A DNA stretch of 43,662 bases. Source: an uncultured Candidatus Saccharibacteria bacterium (GTDB lineage Bacteria > Patescibacteriota > Minisyncoccia > UBA6257 > 1-14-0-10-44-23). Both the position numbers and the translations under genes were made by a program. A model generated the notes under the pieces. That model saw only the letters and a list, made by a program, of their open reading frames with translations. It did not search any database and was not told where the DNA came from. How positions within the stretch are numbered: the stretch's first letter is position 1; each line of letters starts with the position of its first letter. Where the stretch lies: assembly GCA_964560145.1 (NCBI GenBank), contig CAZLKS010000003.1:1-43662 (forward strand), read 5' to 3'. This document shows positions 14,261-22,420 of this stretch, piece after piece.

Positions 14261-15214
14261 CTAGGCAGCTAACGCCATTGTCAGAGCTCGCTCATTTAAA
14301 CGCGCGTTCTCACCGAACCACTGACTATTGAGCCTAGTATCCTCATTACGGCATGCCTCGTGAGTCAGGTACTCACTTACGGCGTTATATGCCTGCCAGG
14401 CAGTGCCACGAATCGCGGGAACGAGCTCAAGACCTCTCTGCGATTCCAGTAGGTCGACCACGCGCAAGACCTTAGTTTGCATTTTCGTGCTCAGGTCTTT
14501 TACATCCTGATCCTCAGGTACGATCACTTGCGTTACATAGTCGACCATTTTCTGTGCAGTCATGGGCTTGCGCGCCAAGACCTTGTAAGCTTCCACGCTA
14601 GCGCGGAACTCATTCAGCTTAATCTCAATCGACATTTTAACCGCATCTATCGCGCCTCGCAGTGACGATGTATGACGAAGCTTGTGCATACTTGCATTGT
14701 CATCGCGCATCGCTTGCGCGAGTGTATTATTGCAGACCACGCGCGTGCGCGTGTCGCCTATGACGTGAGACATCGAACCGTCAAAAGATGTGGCCGCAAG
14801 CACATAGGCCTTGATGCTATCGCCTTTCGCCACATCGGCCTCGCCACCTTTGATTTTTCCTAACGCCCACATGCGCGCGCCATCGTTTAACGATCCGCCA
14901 GCTTCTAACTCGATCATGCCCGATTCTAGCCATGGCCTAAAGAAGTCAAAAGACTCATACGGCTGGATCAGCTCATACCTCGATCCAACCATGCCGATGA
15001 ACTTGCCGTCATCTCTCACGATGGCGCTATGTCCTTCAATTGGTAGCGTCTCACCTTCACACACTGCCTGCACTGGCAGCTTGATTAAGTTGTGTGGATA
15101 GGCAAGCTTCCACGCCGCTTCAATGGTAGGAGCTTCAGTTAAGACAGTACCAAGACCATGCCAAGCAGGTTGACCCGTGAAAAATGCTTTATTCCCTTCA
15201 ATTTGATGTGCCAT
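14261..15214 (-). CDS. DUF932 (phage/plasmid-like protein, TIGR03299-type)
   Basis: QPAWHGLGTVL, AIVRDDGKFIGMVGSRYELIQPYESFDFF, LEAGGSLNDGARMWAL, SFDGSMSH, VVCNNTL, KLRHT. Confidence 0.85.
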   Translation of the reverse strand: MAHQIEGNKAFFTGQPAWHGLGTVLTEAPTIEAAWKLAYPHNLIKLPVQAVCEGETLPIEGHSAIVRDDGKFIGMVGSRYELIQPYESFDFFRPWLESGMIELEAGGSLNDGARMWALGKIKGGEADVAKGDSIKAYVLAATSFDGSMSHVIGDTRTRVVCNNTLAQAMRDDNASMHKLRHTSSLRGAIDAVKMSIEIKLNEFRASVEAYKVLARKPMTAQKMVDYVTQVIVPEDQDVKDLSTKMQTKVLRVVDLLESQRGLELVPAIRGTAWQAYNAVSEYLTHEACRNEDTRLNSQWFGENARLNERALTMALAA

Positions 15215-15219
15215 ATATT

Positions 15220-15227
15220 CCCCCGGT
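15220..15227 (-). promoter_or_regulatory. ACCGGGGG leader motif, 5 nt before the ATG of the DUF932 gene
   Basis: Sense strand gcataACCGGGGGaatatATG. Confidence 0.6.
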
Positions 15228-15256
15228 TATGCTTCCCGCGACATGCGGAAAGTCTT

Positions 15257-15265
15257 TTGTGTTAC
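15257..15265. promoter_or_regulatory. operator-like motif TTGTGTTAC
   Basis: Lies 6 nt downstream of the predicted -10 of the leftward promoter 15272-15300. Confidence 0.5.
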
Positions 15266-15271
15266 AAAAGA

Positions 15272-15300
15272 AGTATCGTCTTTTTGATGACGTTACGCAA
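15272..15300 (-). promoter_or_regulatory. predicted sigma70-like leftward promoter of the DUF932 block
   Basis: Minus strand TTGCGT (15300-15295), 17 nt, GATACT (15277-15272), then tcttttGTAACACAA. Confidence 0.4.
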
Positions 15301-15360
15301 GAACTATTTGCACCATTTGTGCGTTACGTTGCGTTTTTCCGAGTATTTCCTACACTTCTA

Positions 15361-15386
15361 TTGTGTTACAAAAGAACGTAACACAA
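15361..15386. promoter_or_regulatory. perfect palindromic operator candidate TTGTGTTAC-N8-GTAACACAA
   Basis: Two 9-bp arms, 26 bp overall, no mismatch. Confidence 0.6.
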
Positions 15387-15806
15387 ACAAAGTAAGCACA
15401 TTGTCGATCGGCACGATGCGAGGCGCGGCGCGTATGGGTACGCATGAGAGAGATGCGAACACGCGCGCCAAGACACATCTCAGGTCCAATGTCAATAGGC
15501 CCCATGATATGCGCCGCGCTATTCAAGCCCGGATGTGCGCGCTCACCCCACCCCGCACCATGCACCCCATACGTAAACAGAATCAGAATTCTGTTAACTT
15601 TTAGAGAACCAGTTTTTATCTACTAACGTTCTAACGTCCAGGCTCAAATATAGGAGACTTGAGCTTGGATATGCGGCGGACTCGCTTCGCTCGGCTAAGA
15701 CGCCACAGCCTACGGCTGTGCTAGGATTTTTCGGCGCCTAGGGGCGCCGGTTGTAAGAGATGGTTACCTTTGTTGGCCGGGGGCGGGGGTAACCACTACT
15801 CGCCCC

Positions 15807-15846
15807 CCTGTCCTACCTCTGATGATTTTTATAGATATATAAATTT
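15807..15846 (+). repeat. 40-bp direct repeat, copy 1
   Basis: cctgtcctacctctgatgatttttatagatatataaattt. Confidence 0.9.
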
Positions 15847-15856
15847 GGGGGTTCGG

Positions 15857-15896
15857 CCTGCCCTACCTCTGATGATTTTTATAGATATATAAATTT
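15857..15896 (+). repeat. 40-bp direct repeat, copy 2 (1 mismatch, 50-bp phasing)
   Basis: cctgccctacctctgatgatttttatagatatataaattt. Confidence 0.9.
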
Positions 15897-15910
15897 TGAA
15901 AAACGACCGA

Positions 15911-15939
15911 CCTAACTTATAGAAATATATAGATTTTTA
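15911..15939 (+). repeat. degenerate third copy of the repeat, again 50 bp further on
   Basis: cctaacttatagaaatatatagattttta shares the CCTA-CT and TATAGA-ATATA cores. Confidence 0.5.
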
Positions 15940-15945
15940 CGCCTT

Positions 15946-15954
15946 TTGTGTTAC
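15946..15954. promoter_or_regulatory. operator-like motif TTGTGTTAC
   Basis: Exact 9-mer immediately after the repeat array. Confidence 0.45.
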
Positions 15955-16185
15955 ATTGCGCGGTATGTTCTTGGAGCCTCTACCGCACGAGTCGCGATTT
16001 TTGAGTATGATCTGCGTCATATTAGAACGCTGTAACTACACGTCTTGCGTTCTATCCATACAAACGACGTTTGCAAATGACTAATAACGTTACTTATCGG
16101 TCAATGGGTAGGTACACTACCGGTAGGGGTCAAACAGGTGACAAAACACAACCTGTAGTGGTTGCGACAACCTTTGCGAATGTTT

Positions 16186-16194
16186 CTGTGTTAC
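16186..16194. promoter_or_regulatory. operator-like motif, 8/9 match (CTGTGTTAC)
   Basis: About 200 nt upstream of terS. Confidence 0.3.
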
Positions 16195-16345
16195 GAATAA
16201 TCACGCTTGTTTCCCCCAAGTTGATTCAGCCTTAACTGTACTCGAATGTTCACCTTAAGCAAATTTTAGAAAAGTTCTGGTCAGGAATTTTCACATAGAG
16301 TAATTTCTCTTTAGGCGGGTGAGTGAGAGGTGAGACTCTTACTTC

Positions 16346-16354
16346 ACCGGGGGG
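16346..16354 (+). promoter_or_regulatory. ACCGGGGGG motif in the leader of the late (terS) unit, not start-codon proximal
   Basis: cttcACCGGGGGGcgcc; the next in-frame ATG is 33 nt downstream. Confidence 0.45.
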
Positions 16355-16386
16355 CGCCCGCCTGGTTTTTGCGTTATGCTAAAGGT

Positions 16387-16965
16387 ATGGCAGGAGAGAG
16401 GGTTTTCGATGTACAGCCAGAGCCTTATGAGGAAGGGGGAGAGGAGTCTTTTACTCCTGATCAACCTAGCAAGCTGTCCGGCCTGAGGAAAATTCCCAAA
16501 GCTGAAGACCTTCCACCCGAAGACGTTTACGCAATCGCCGTCCACGGCGCGCGAAATTGGATAAAATCACGAGAATTTGAAGACTGGGACATGCTGGCTG
16601 AGAAAGCGGCGGCCCTTGCCATGGCTGGTGTGGCCATATCCAAGATTCCATCACTCATCGGCGTCGACGAGGCCCGGTTTAAAGACAACATCGACATTGA
16701 AAAAATCTCAAGTTTCGTAAACGGCGAAGTCGCGAAGGCGATTTACGCAAAAGCGCTCAGTGGTAGTGACAAGATGCTGAAGCTTGTCGCTGAATCACGT
16801 TTAGGCTGGAGTAAGCAGAGCACGGTGAAGCATGAAGGTACGATAAAAATTCAGCCAGTCTTGAATATCAGTCTCTTAACAGAGGACGAGGAACGGGAGC
16901 TCCGGGGAAAAGCACCAGATCCGAACACGATTGAGGTGATACCGGATGACGGTCCAGGAAGCTGA
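16387..16965 (+). CDS. terS: terminase small subunit (putative)
   Basis: Directly upstream of and overlapping terL. AKALSGSDKMLKLVAESRLGWSKQ resembles the conserved TerS C-terminal helix. First ATG used here; the track ORF opens at GTG 16330. Confidence 0.6.
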   Translation: MAGERVFDVQPEPYEEGGEESFTPDQPSKLSGLRKIPKAEDLPPEDVYAIAVHGARNWIKSREFEDWDMLAEKAAALAMAGVAISKIPSLIGVDEARFKDNIDIEKISSFVNGEVAKAIYAKALSGSDKMLKLVAESRLGWSKQSTVKHEGTIKIQPVLNISLLTEDEERELRGKAPDPNTIEVIPDDGPGS

Positions 16966-18478
16966 GGAGCTTGCTCCAACCCAGGGGCAGCCTCCAGTTA
17001 TCGATATACGCCTCACTAAGAAGCAGAAGGAGGTTCTACTATCTCCTGCCACAGAAATCTTCTACGGCGGGGCGGCTGGTGGCGGTAAAAGCCTTTTACT
17101 GCGTGTAGCGGCTATCGTTTATTGCTCGCGCATCCCGTTTTTGCAGTGTTACCTCCTCAGAAGATACACGGCAGACCTTAAGAAAAATCACATTGAAGGC
17201 GCGACAGGTTTTAGGGCGCTTCTGGACCCGTGGATAAAGGCGGGATTCTGCAAACTCACAGAAGAGGGCGTAAAATTCTGGAACGGTTCGGTCATCTTTC
17301 TCGGACATTGCGAAGAGGAGAAAGACAAGTACAAGTACCACGGCGCGGAAATCAATCTTCTCCTCATGGACGAACTGACTCACTTCTCTGAGAGTCAGTA
17401 CCGCTACCTTCGCGGCCGGTGTCGTATCGGTTCTCTCAAAAAACACCTCCCGCCTGAGTACGCCGGAAAGTTTCCCCTGATTATTTCAGCTTCGAATCCC
17501 GGCAACGTCGGCCATGAGTGGGTGAAGCGTACCTTTGTTGATGTGGCCGAGCCAAACACGGTGAATCGCGCGGCGAAAGAAGAGGGCGGTAAGCTCAGAG
17601 CCTTCTACCCGGCGACGATGGTCGATAATCCGTACCTCGAAGAGGATTACGAGGCGACTCTTGAAGGTTTGGGCACGCCGGAACTTGTTCGAGCCATGAA
17701 GTACGGCGACTGGAACGTTCTTCAGGGCGCTTTTTTCTCGGAATTCAGCTCACGCCGCCACATGATCCAGCCTTTCAAGGTTCCGGTGCACTGGACGCGC
17801 CTAAATGTCATGGATTGGGGGTTTTGGTACCCGTTTGCAATCGATTGGTGGGCGCAGGCAGAGGAAGACTTCACGCATCCCATTACCGGGCAGAAAATAC
17901 CCCTTGGATCGCTTGTCTGTTATCGCCAGTGGTACGGAACGAGGAAGCGCGGTTCAAATTTGGGTATCGGGTTGGACCCGGAAGAGGCGGCGAAGGGGAT
18001 ATTAGAGCGCGAAAAGAACAACGAGGGCGCGCCAGACTGTAGAGTCGCAGATCCCGACATCTGGAAGTCGGACAAGAAAGTTACGACGGCAAGTTTGTTT
18101 CGAAAAAAGGGCGTTCGCTTCGTCCAGGCAGACAATACGCACGATACAGGGTACACTGAACTAAAGCGCAGACTCAAAGGCGGCGAAGACGGGCTTCCAA
18201 CTATTTACTGGTTCAATACCTGTGTCGACTCGGAAAGAAACTTCACAAATGCTGTCTGCGACGAAAAGAATCCTTCAGAAATAAAAGACGGGTGCGAAGT
18301 GCATGCCTGTGATACCGCGCGTTATGCGTGCATGAGTATCCGGGAAGGCCTTCGCTCCACGATGCGCCGCGAAAAGATCGAAATAGATACCACGCTTACT
18401 TACGGTCACATGCTCGCGGCGGCTGAGGCTTACGAAGCCAGGCGCAGGGGGCGCCGTGGCCCATTAGAGTGCGATTAA
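16946..18478 (+). CDS. terL: terminase large subunit
   Basis: Walker A YGGAAGGGKS, Walker B LLLMDELTHF, SASNPG coupling motif, C-terminal nuclease-region acidic residues. GAGGTGA SD. Confidence 0.9.
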   Translation: MTVQEAEELAPTQGQPPVIDIRLTKKQKEVLLSPATEIFYGGAAGGGKSLLLRVAAIVYCSRIPFLQCYLLRRYTADLKKNHIEGATGFRALLDPWIKAGFCKLTEEGVKFWNGSVIFLGHCEEEKDKYKYHGAEINLLLMDELTHFSESQYRYLRGRCRIGSLKKHLPPEYAGKFPLIISASNPGNVGHEWVKRTFVDVAEPNTVNRAAKEEGGKLRAFYPATMVDNPYLEEDYEATLEGLGTPELVRAMKYGDWNVLQGAFFSEFSSRRHMIQPFKVPVHWTRLNVMDWGFWYPFAIDWWAQAEEDFTHPITGQKIPLGSLVCYRQWYGTRKRGSNLGIGLDPEEAAKGILEREKNNEGAPDCRVADPDIWKSDKKVTTASLFRKKGVRFVQADNTHDTGYTELKRRLKGGEDGLPTIYWFNTCVDSERNFTNAVCDEKNPSEIKDGCEVHACDTARYACMSIREGLRSTMRREKIEIDTTLTYGHMLAAAEAYEARRRGRRGPLECD

Positions 18479-18487
18479 GGAGTACCC

Positions 18488-20851
18488 ATGATTGATAACG
18501 CGCCTACTACAGCACACGGATCAGGTCAAGTTCTTGAGAAGAAGGACTTCGGAGAAGGCACAGAGGGTTCGTACAAGCGCTGGCTTGCGGAAATCAAAGA
18601 GGCGCAGGCAGAGCAGGTTCGTCGGGGCTTCATTAAGAACGGGAAAAAGGCGCTCGCTGTTCTGTCTTCAATGCCCACAGCCGCAGAGGATGAAACATCC
18701 GCGCCCCAATATAATATTTACTGGTCATACCTCGCTATCGTACTTGAAGTAGTCTACGCCCGGCCTCCAAAGATTGTTGTTTCGTTAAATCCTGGATACT
18801 CAGATCCGGTTCATGCTCTCGCCCGGCAGATCGTTGAGCGCAACATGGCGCTCCACACGCGCGGCGCAGAAAGCAAATTCTACAAAAAGACCCTCCGCGC
18901 AGTATTCGATGCGATGACCGTTGGCCGGGGGCAGATGTGGCCTCGGTACGAAATTGAAGAGGGGAAGTCGAGCAGAATTGACCTCAAGCCGGGATTCGAG
19001 CCCCCGGAAGGTGCAGAAGTTCTCGAAGATAAAAGCGGTCAATACTACATGGAGCCCGACATTGAGGCTGAAAGAGTCACTGACGATTATGTTCACTGGC
19101 TTGATTACCTCGAAAGCCCGGCGCGCACGAACGAGGAAGTCAGATGGAAGGCGAAGCGCACGTTTCTCACAAAATCAGCCGCAGAGAAGGCGTTCGGAAA
19201 ACAAATCGCTAAAGAGCTTAGTTACTCCAGCAAGTTTCGAAATGGCGATGCTGAAGGCGACGACGAGGACGTTCGCCATCAAGTGTATCGCCGAGTAGAG
19301 GTTTGGGAAATTGAAGATCTAGAAGACAAGCAGCGAATTTTCATTTCAGAGGGATACGAAAAACCTCTGAAGATTGTTCCGATTGAGTCGCGCATTACGG
19401 GATTCTTTTCAGCGCCGGATTCTCTCGTCTCGTTTGCAACGAACGAATCCACTATCCCGATTTGCGACTACAAGTATTTTGGACACCTCGTTGATAAAAT
19501 CAACGAACTGACGCTTCGAATCGGTTACATCATTCAGGCGATCAAAGTTGTTGCGGCATACGATGCTTCACATCCAGAGTTGAAAGATATTCTGAAGAGC
19601 ATGGACGCTTCGTTTGTTCCGCTTAATGACTGGGAAGCGTTCATCGAAAGCGATGGATTCGATGGCGCGGTGAAATTCGCCGTGATTGAGCAATTTATCA
19701 AAGCGGCGCAGGCTCTTCAAGAACAGCGCGCGGCGTATAAGCAGGACTTCTACGAAGTTTCTGGTTACAACGAAATGATGCGCGGCGAGAGTGACGGAAA
19801 AACTCAAGCCGAACTTCAAGCCGATGCTCAGTTTGGAAATGTTCGCACCGGGCAGCGTCAAAAAGCTATTCAAGCATTCTTGCGCGATCTTCTGGCAAAC
19901 GATGTCGAGATTATGTGTAACGAGTGCGATCCTCAAACGCTTCTGATGGGCGCGGGGATTCCTTACGATGAGCAATCGTATTTAGGCTCGATGCAAGAGC
20001 AGGCTATCAACTTTCTCAAAGATGGCGTTCGTCGAAAACTGTCTCTGACGATTGAAACTGACTCCACGATCGCGATTGACGATCGTCTCGAAAAGCGCGA
20101 CCGCATTGAATTTGCGAACATGATGACGCAAGTCTATTCGGCGGTTTTGAACATGGTGCAGTCGGCGCCTGAGTTTGTTGAGCCCGCTTTTGAAACATTC
20201 CTCATGGTGACCGACGCATTCAGAGTTGCGCGACCGATAGAGGACACGATTCGAACCGCAGTAGCGCAGTACAAGGAGCGTATCGCGAATCCGCAGCCTC
20301 CACCTCCCGATCCGAAGATGGAAGCCGTCATGAAGCGCTTTGAGATTGATCAACAGAGATTAGCGCTCACTCAGCAAGAAATGGAGCTTAATTCTAATCA
20401 GAAGGCGCAAGATGCGCAGATGAAGTTCGAAGGCAAGATGCAAGAGCTCGCAATGCGCGATCAGCAGTTCTACGCTGAACTGAATCAGCGCATGCAGGAT
20501 ATGTACGCGAAAATGCAGATGCAGATCCAGCAAATCCAAGCGCAGCTACAAATCGCAGAAATTAATAAGGGCACTACGATCACTCAGGCTCAGATTAGTG
20601 CGGCGGCTCAGGCGCAAGCTAAGATTGGTCAGGCTCAGATAGCGGCTGACGCAAAACTCACTGAAGCTACAATCAAAGCGCAAAAAGATTCTGAAGCTAC
20701 GTCGGTTCAGGCGGGGGTTGATTTGCACAAGTCTCGCATGGCCGAAGATACGAAGCTTCAGCAGCACGCTGGTAACATGGCGCTTGAAGCGGCGCGCATG
20801 CAGCAAGAGCGTGAAATGTCGAAAGACGAGGGTTCTGACAAAGATGAATAG
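18488..20851 (+). CDS. portal protein with a long Q-rich coiled-coil C-terminus
   Basis: 787 aa immediately after terL. AAGGAG SD. C-terminal ~150 aa rich in Q/A heptads. Call rests on position and size. Confidence 0.75.
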   Translation: MIDNAPTTAHGSGQVLEKKDFGEGTEGSYKRWLAEIKEAQAEQVRRGFIKNGKKALAVLSSMPTAAEDETSAPQYNIYWSYLAIVLEVVYARPPKIVVSLNPGYSDPVHALARQIVERNMALHTRGAESKFYKKTLRAVFDAMTVGRGQMWPRYEIEEGKSSRIDLKPGFEPPEGAEVLEDKSGQYYMEPDIEAERVTDDYVHWLDYLESPARTNEEVRWKAKRTFLTKSAAEKAFGKQIAKELSYSSKFRNGDAEGDDEDVRHQVYRRVEVWEIEDLEDKQRIFISEGYEKPLKIVPIESRITGFFSAPDSLVSFATNESTIPICDYKYFGHLVDKINELTLRIGYIIQAIKVVAAYDASHPELKDILKSMDASFVPLNDWEAFIESDGFDGAVKFAVIEQFIKAAQALQEQRAAYKQDFYEVSGYNEMMRGESDGKTQAELQADAQFGNVRTGQRQKAIQAFLRDLLANDVEIMCNECDPQTLLMGAGIPYDEQSYLGSMQEQAINFLKDGVRRKLSLTIETDSTIAIDDRLEKRDRIEFANMMTQVYSAVLNMVQSAPEFVEPAFETFLMVTDAFRVARPIEDTIRTAVAQYKERIANPQPPPPDPKMEAVMKRFEIDQQRLALTQQEMELNSNQKAQDAQMKFEGKMQELAMRDQQFYAELNQRMQDMYAKMQMQIQQIQAQLQIAEINKGTTITQAQISAAAQAQAKIGQAQIAADAKLTEATIKAQKDSEATSVQAGVDLHKSRMAEDTKLQQHAGNMALEAARMQQEREMSKDEGSDKDE

Positions 20852-20859
20852 GAGGTTAC

Positions 20860-21225
20860 ATGGCTTACTGGCAGCAAATTAACGACCACAAGTGGCGTTA
20901 CTGGAAGGATGAGGAAACTTATCTACGGGCTACGGGGCAAGCAAAGGTTGAGACACATAGCGTTATTCAAGACTCGATGGACCCTACGTGGCATCCCGCC
21001 ACTGGAGAGATGATCGACTCGAAGCGCAAGTTCCGTGAGCGCACAAAAGCAGCGGGCTGTGTCGAGCTCGATGGAATCAATCTCAATCCAGGCCCGAAGC
21101 CTATTCAGGTCGAAAGACAGGATGAGATAGGGCGCCAGATTTGGGAAGAGATGGATCGTAGGAAGGTTGACTACAAGGATATTCAGCGGGAGATCCGCGA
21201 AGTTTTAAGAGGTGAAAGGAGATAG
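20860..21225 (+). CDS. hypothetical head-module protein (121 aa)
   Basis: AGGAGG SD; lies between portal and scaffold. Confidence 0.55.
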   Translation: MAYWQQINDHKWRYWKDEETYLRATGQAKVETHSVIQDSMDPTWHPATGEMIDSKRKFRERTKAAGCVELDGINLNPGPKPIQVERQDEIGRQIWEEMDRRKVDYKDIQREIREVLRGERR

Positions 21226-21230
21226 GTTGT

Positions 21231-22394
21231 ATGGGTGAGAAGAACATTAGTCATGAAGATTCGATTCGCGCGGCAATGGCTGAACTGGAGGGTGCAGAGG
21301 CCGAAAGCTCCAAAAGCAGCGATTCCACCGCAGATGAAGTGCAAACTCTTGCAGACGACGCCAAAGTCGAAGCGCCCGCAGAGGAAACCGAAGGCGAAGC
21401 CGATGTGGCTGAGCCAGAATCCGAAGATGTGGAAGAGGGGGAAGGTGAAAAGTCACAAGAATCTGCCCCAAAACAGAGCGAAATTCAGGAAGGCGCTGAG
21501 GATGATACAGATGACTATGAGCCCCCGGCCTTTCTCGACGAAGAAGGGCGAAAAGAGCTAAAGGCTCTTCCGAAGTCAGCGCGCCCACTCGTCGATCGAT
21601 TTCTTCGAAGACGAGATATGCAGTTTCAGCGCTGGACCACGAAAGTGCGCCAAGACGCTCAGGAGGCTGTGAATCAGGCCGTTTTGCCATACACAGGTAT
21701 GGAGGAAGCCATTCAGCCGCACATCTCACGATTGCGTCTTCAGGGCCGACCGCTTGCGACGGTGATAGGTTCAACGCTAGAATGGGATCAGTTACTAGAA
21801 AGCAATACACTCGAAGGCTTGGCTCAGTTGTGTGAATCCAAGCGGATTCATCCTAAGCAAATCTTCGATTACATGCAGTCTGGTAATAGGCAAATTCCAG
21901 TTTCAGGAGTTTCGCCTTCCAGCGATGGAAGTCGTGGCACCGAAAGTGGGGAATTGCAGGAGCTCAGGGCCAAGGTTCAAACGCTCGAACAACAGACGGC
22001 GCAGAACCAGTGGAAGGGCTTGGTTGATACGCTCGCAGCGGCGCGTGACGAACAGGGGCAGCCTCGCTATCCGTATTATCAAGACATACGGCGCGAAATG
22101 TCGAAATGGATCGTCATCATCGGGGAAGAGAATCCAGATGCGCAGCCGCAAGAACTGTTCGACCGGGCATACCAGAAGGCTTGTTGGGCAAACGATAATA
22201 TCCGCGCGCTCATGATGCAGGATCGCACCTCGGCCCAAGCGGCCCGGAAGATCCAGAAGAAAAAAGCGGCGGTATCGCTTCCAGCATCCTCCTCAGGCGG
22301 TATAGCTTCAAAGACCAAGACGCCCCAAAGCGAAAACATGACACACGAAGAAAGCATCCGAGCGGCCATTGAGGAGCTCGGTGTTGAACTTTAA
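21231..22394 (+). CDS. scaffolding protein (putative)
   Basis: Acidic low-complexity N-terminal third, helical remainder, located just upstream of the capsid gene. Confidence 0.6.
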   Translation: MGEKNISHEDSIRAAMAELEGAEAESSKSSDSTADEVQTLADDAKVEAPAEETEGEADVAEPESEDVEEGEGEKSQESAPKQSEIQEGAEDDTDDYEPPAFLDEEGRKELKALPKSARPLVDRFLRRRDMQFQRWTTKVRQDAQEAVNQAVLPYTGMEEAIQPHISRLRLQGRPLATVIGSTLEWDQLLESNTLEGLAQLCESKRIHPKQIFDYMQSGNRQIPVSGVSPSSDGSRGTESGELQELRAKVQTLEQQTAQNQWKGLVDTLAAARDEQGQPRYPYYQDIRREMSKWIVIIGEENPDAQPQELFDRAYQKACWANDNIRALMMQDRTSAQAARKIQKKKAAVSLPASSSGGIASKTKTPQSENMTHEESIRAAIEELGVEL

Positions 22395-22420
22395 CTGACT
22401 AGTTTTCTCTAAGAGGGCCT

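Noticed and set aside
15158-15626. Four overlapping ORFs in the control region (15158..15604+, 15184..15381+, 15350..15565-, 15444..15626+)
   Set aside because: They overlap one another in different frames and have no SD or coupled start. They are rich in R/C/H/P, as expected from translating GC-rich non-coding DNA, and they run through operator and promoter motifs. Treated as non-coding.
15807-15939. The direct repeats considered as a CRISPR mini-array
   Set aside because: There are only 2.5 copies, with ~10-nt gaps between 40-bp units. The repeats are not palindromic, and there are no cas genes or leader. Inconsistent with CRISPR.
18800-20806. Minus-strand ORFs inside the portal gene (18800..19096, 19568..19975, 19982..20353, 20546..20806 and others)
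   Set aside because: They are antisense shadows within a long, well-supported plus-strand gene. They are R/L/S-rich and lack RBS. Similar shadows in terL, scaffold, fibre, 34027..35232 and 36603..39161 were rejected on the same grounds.
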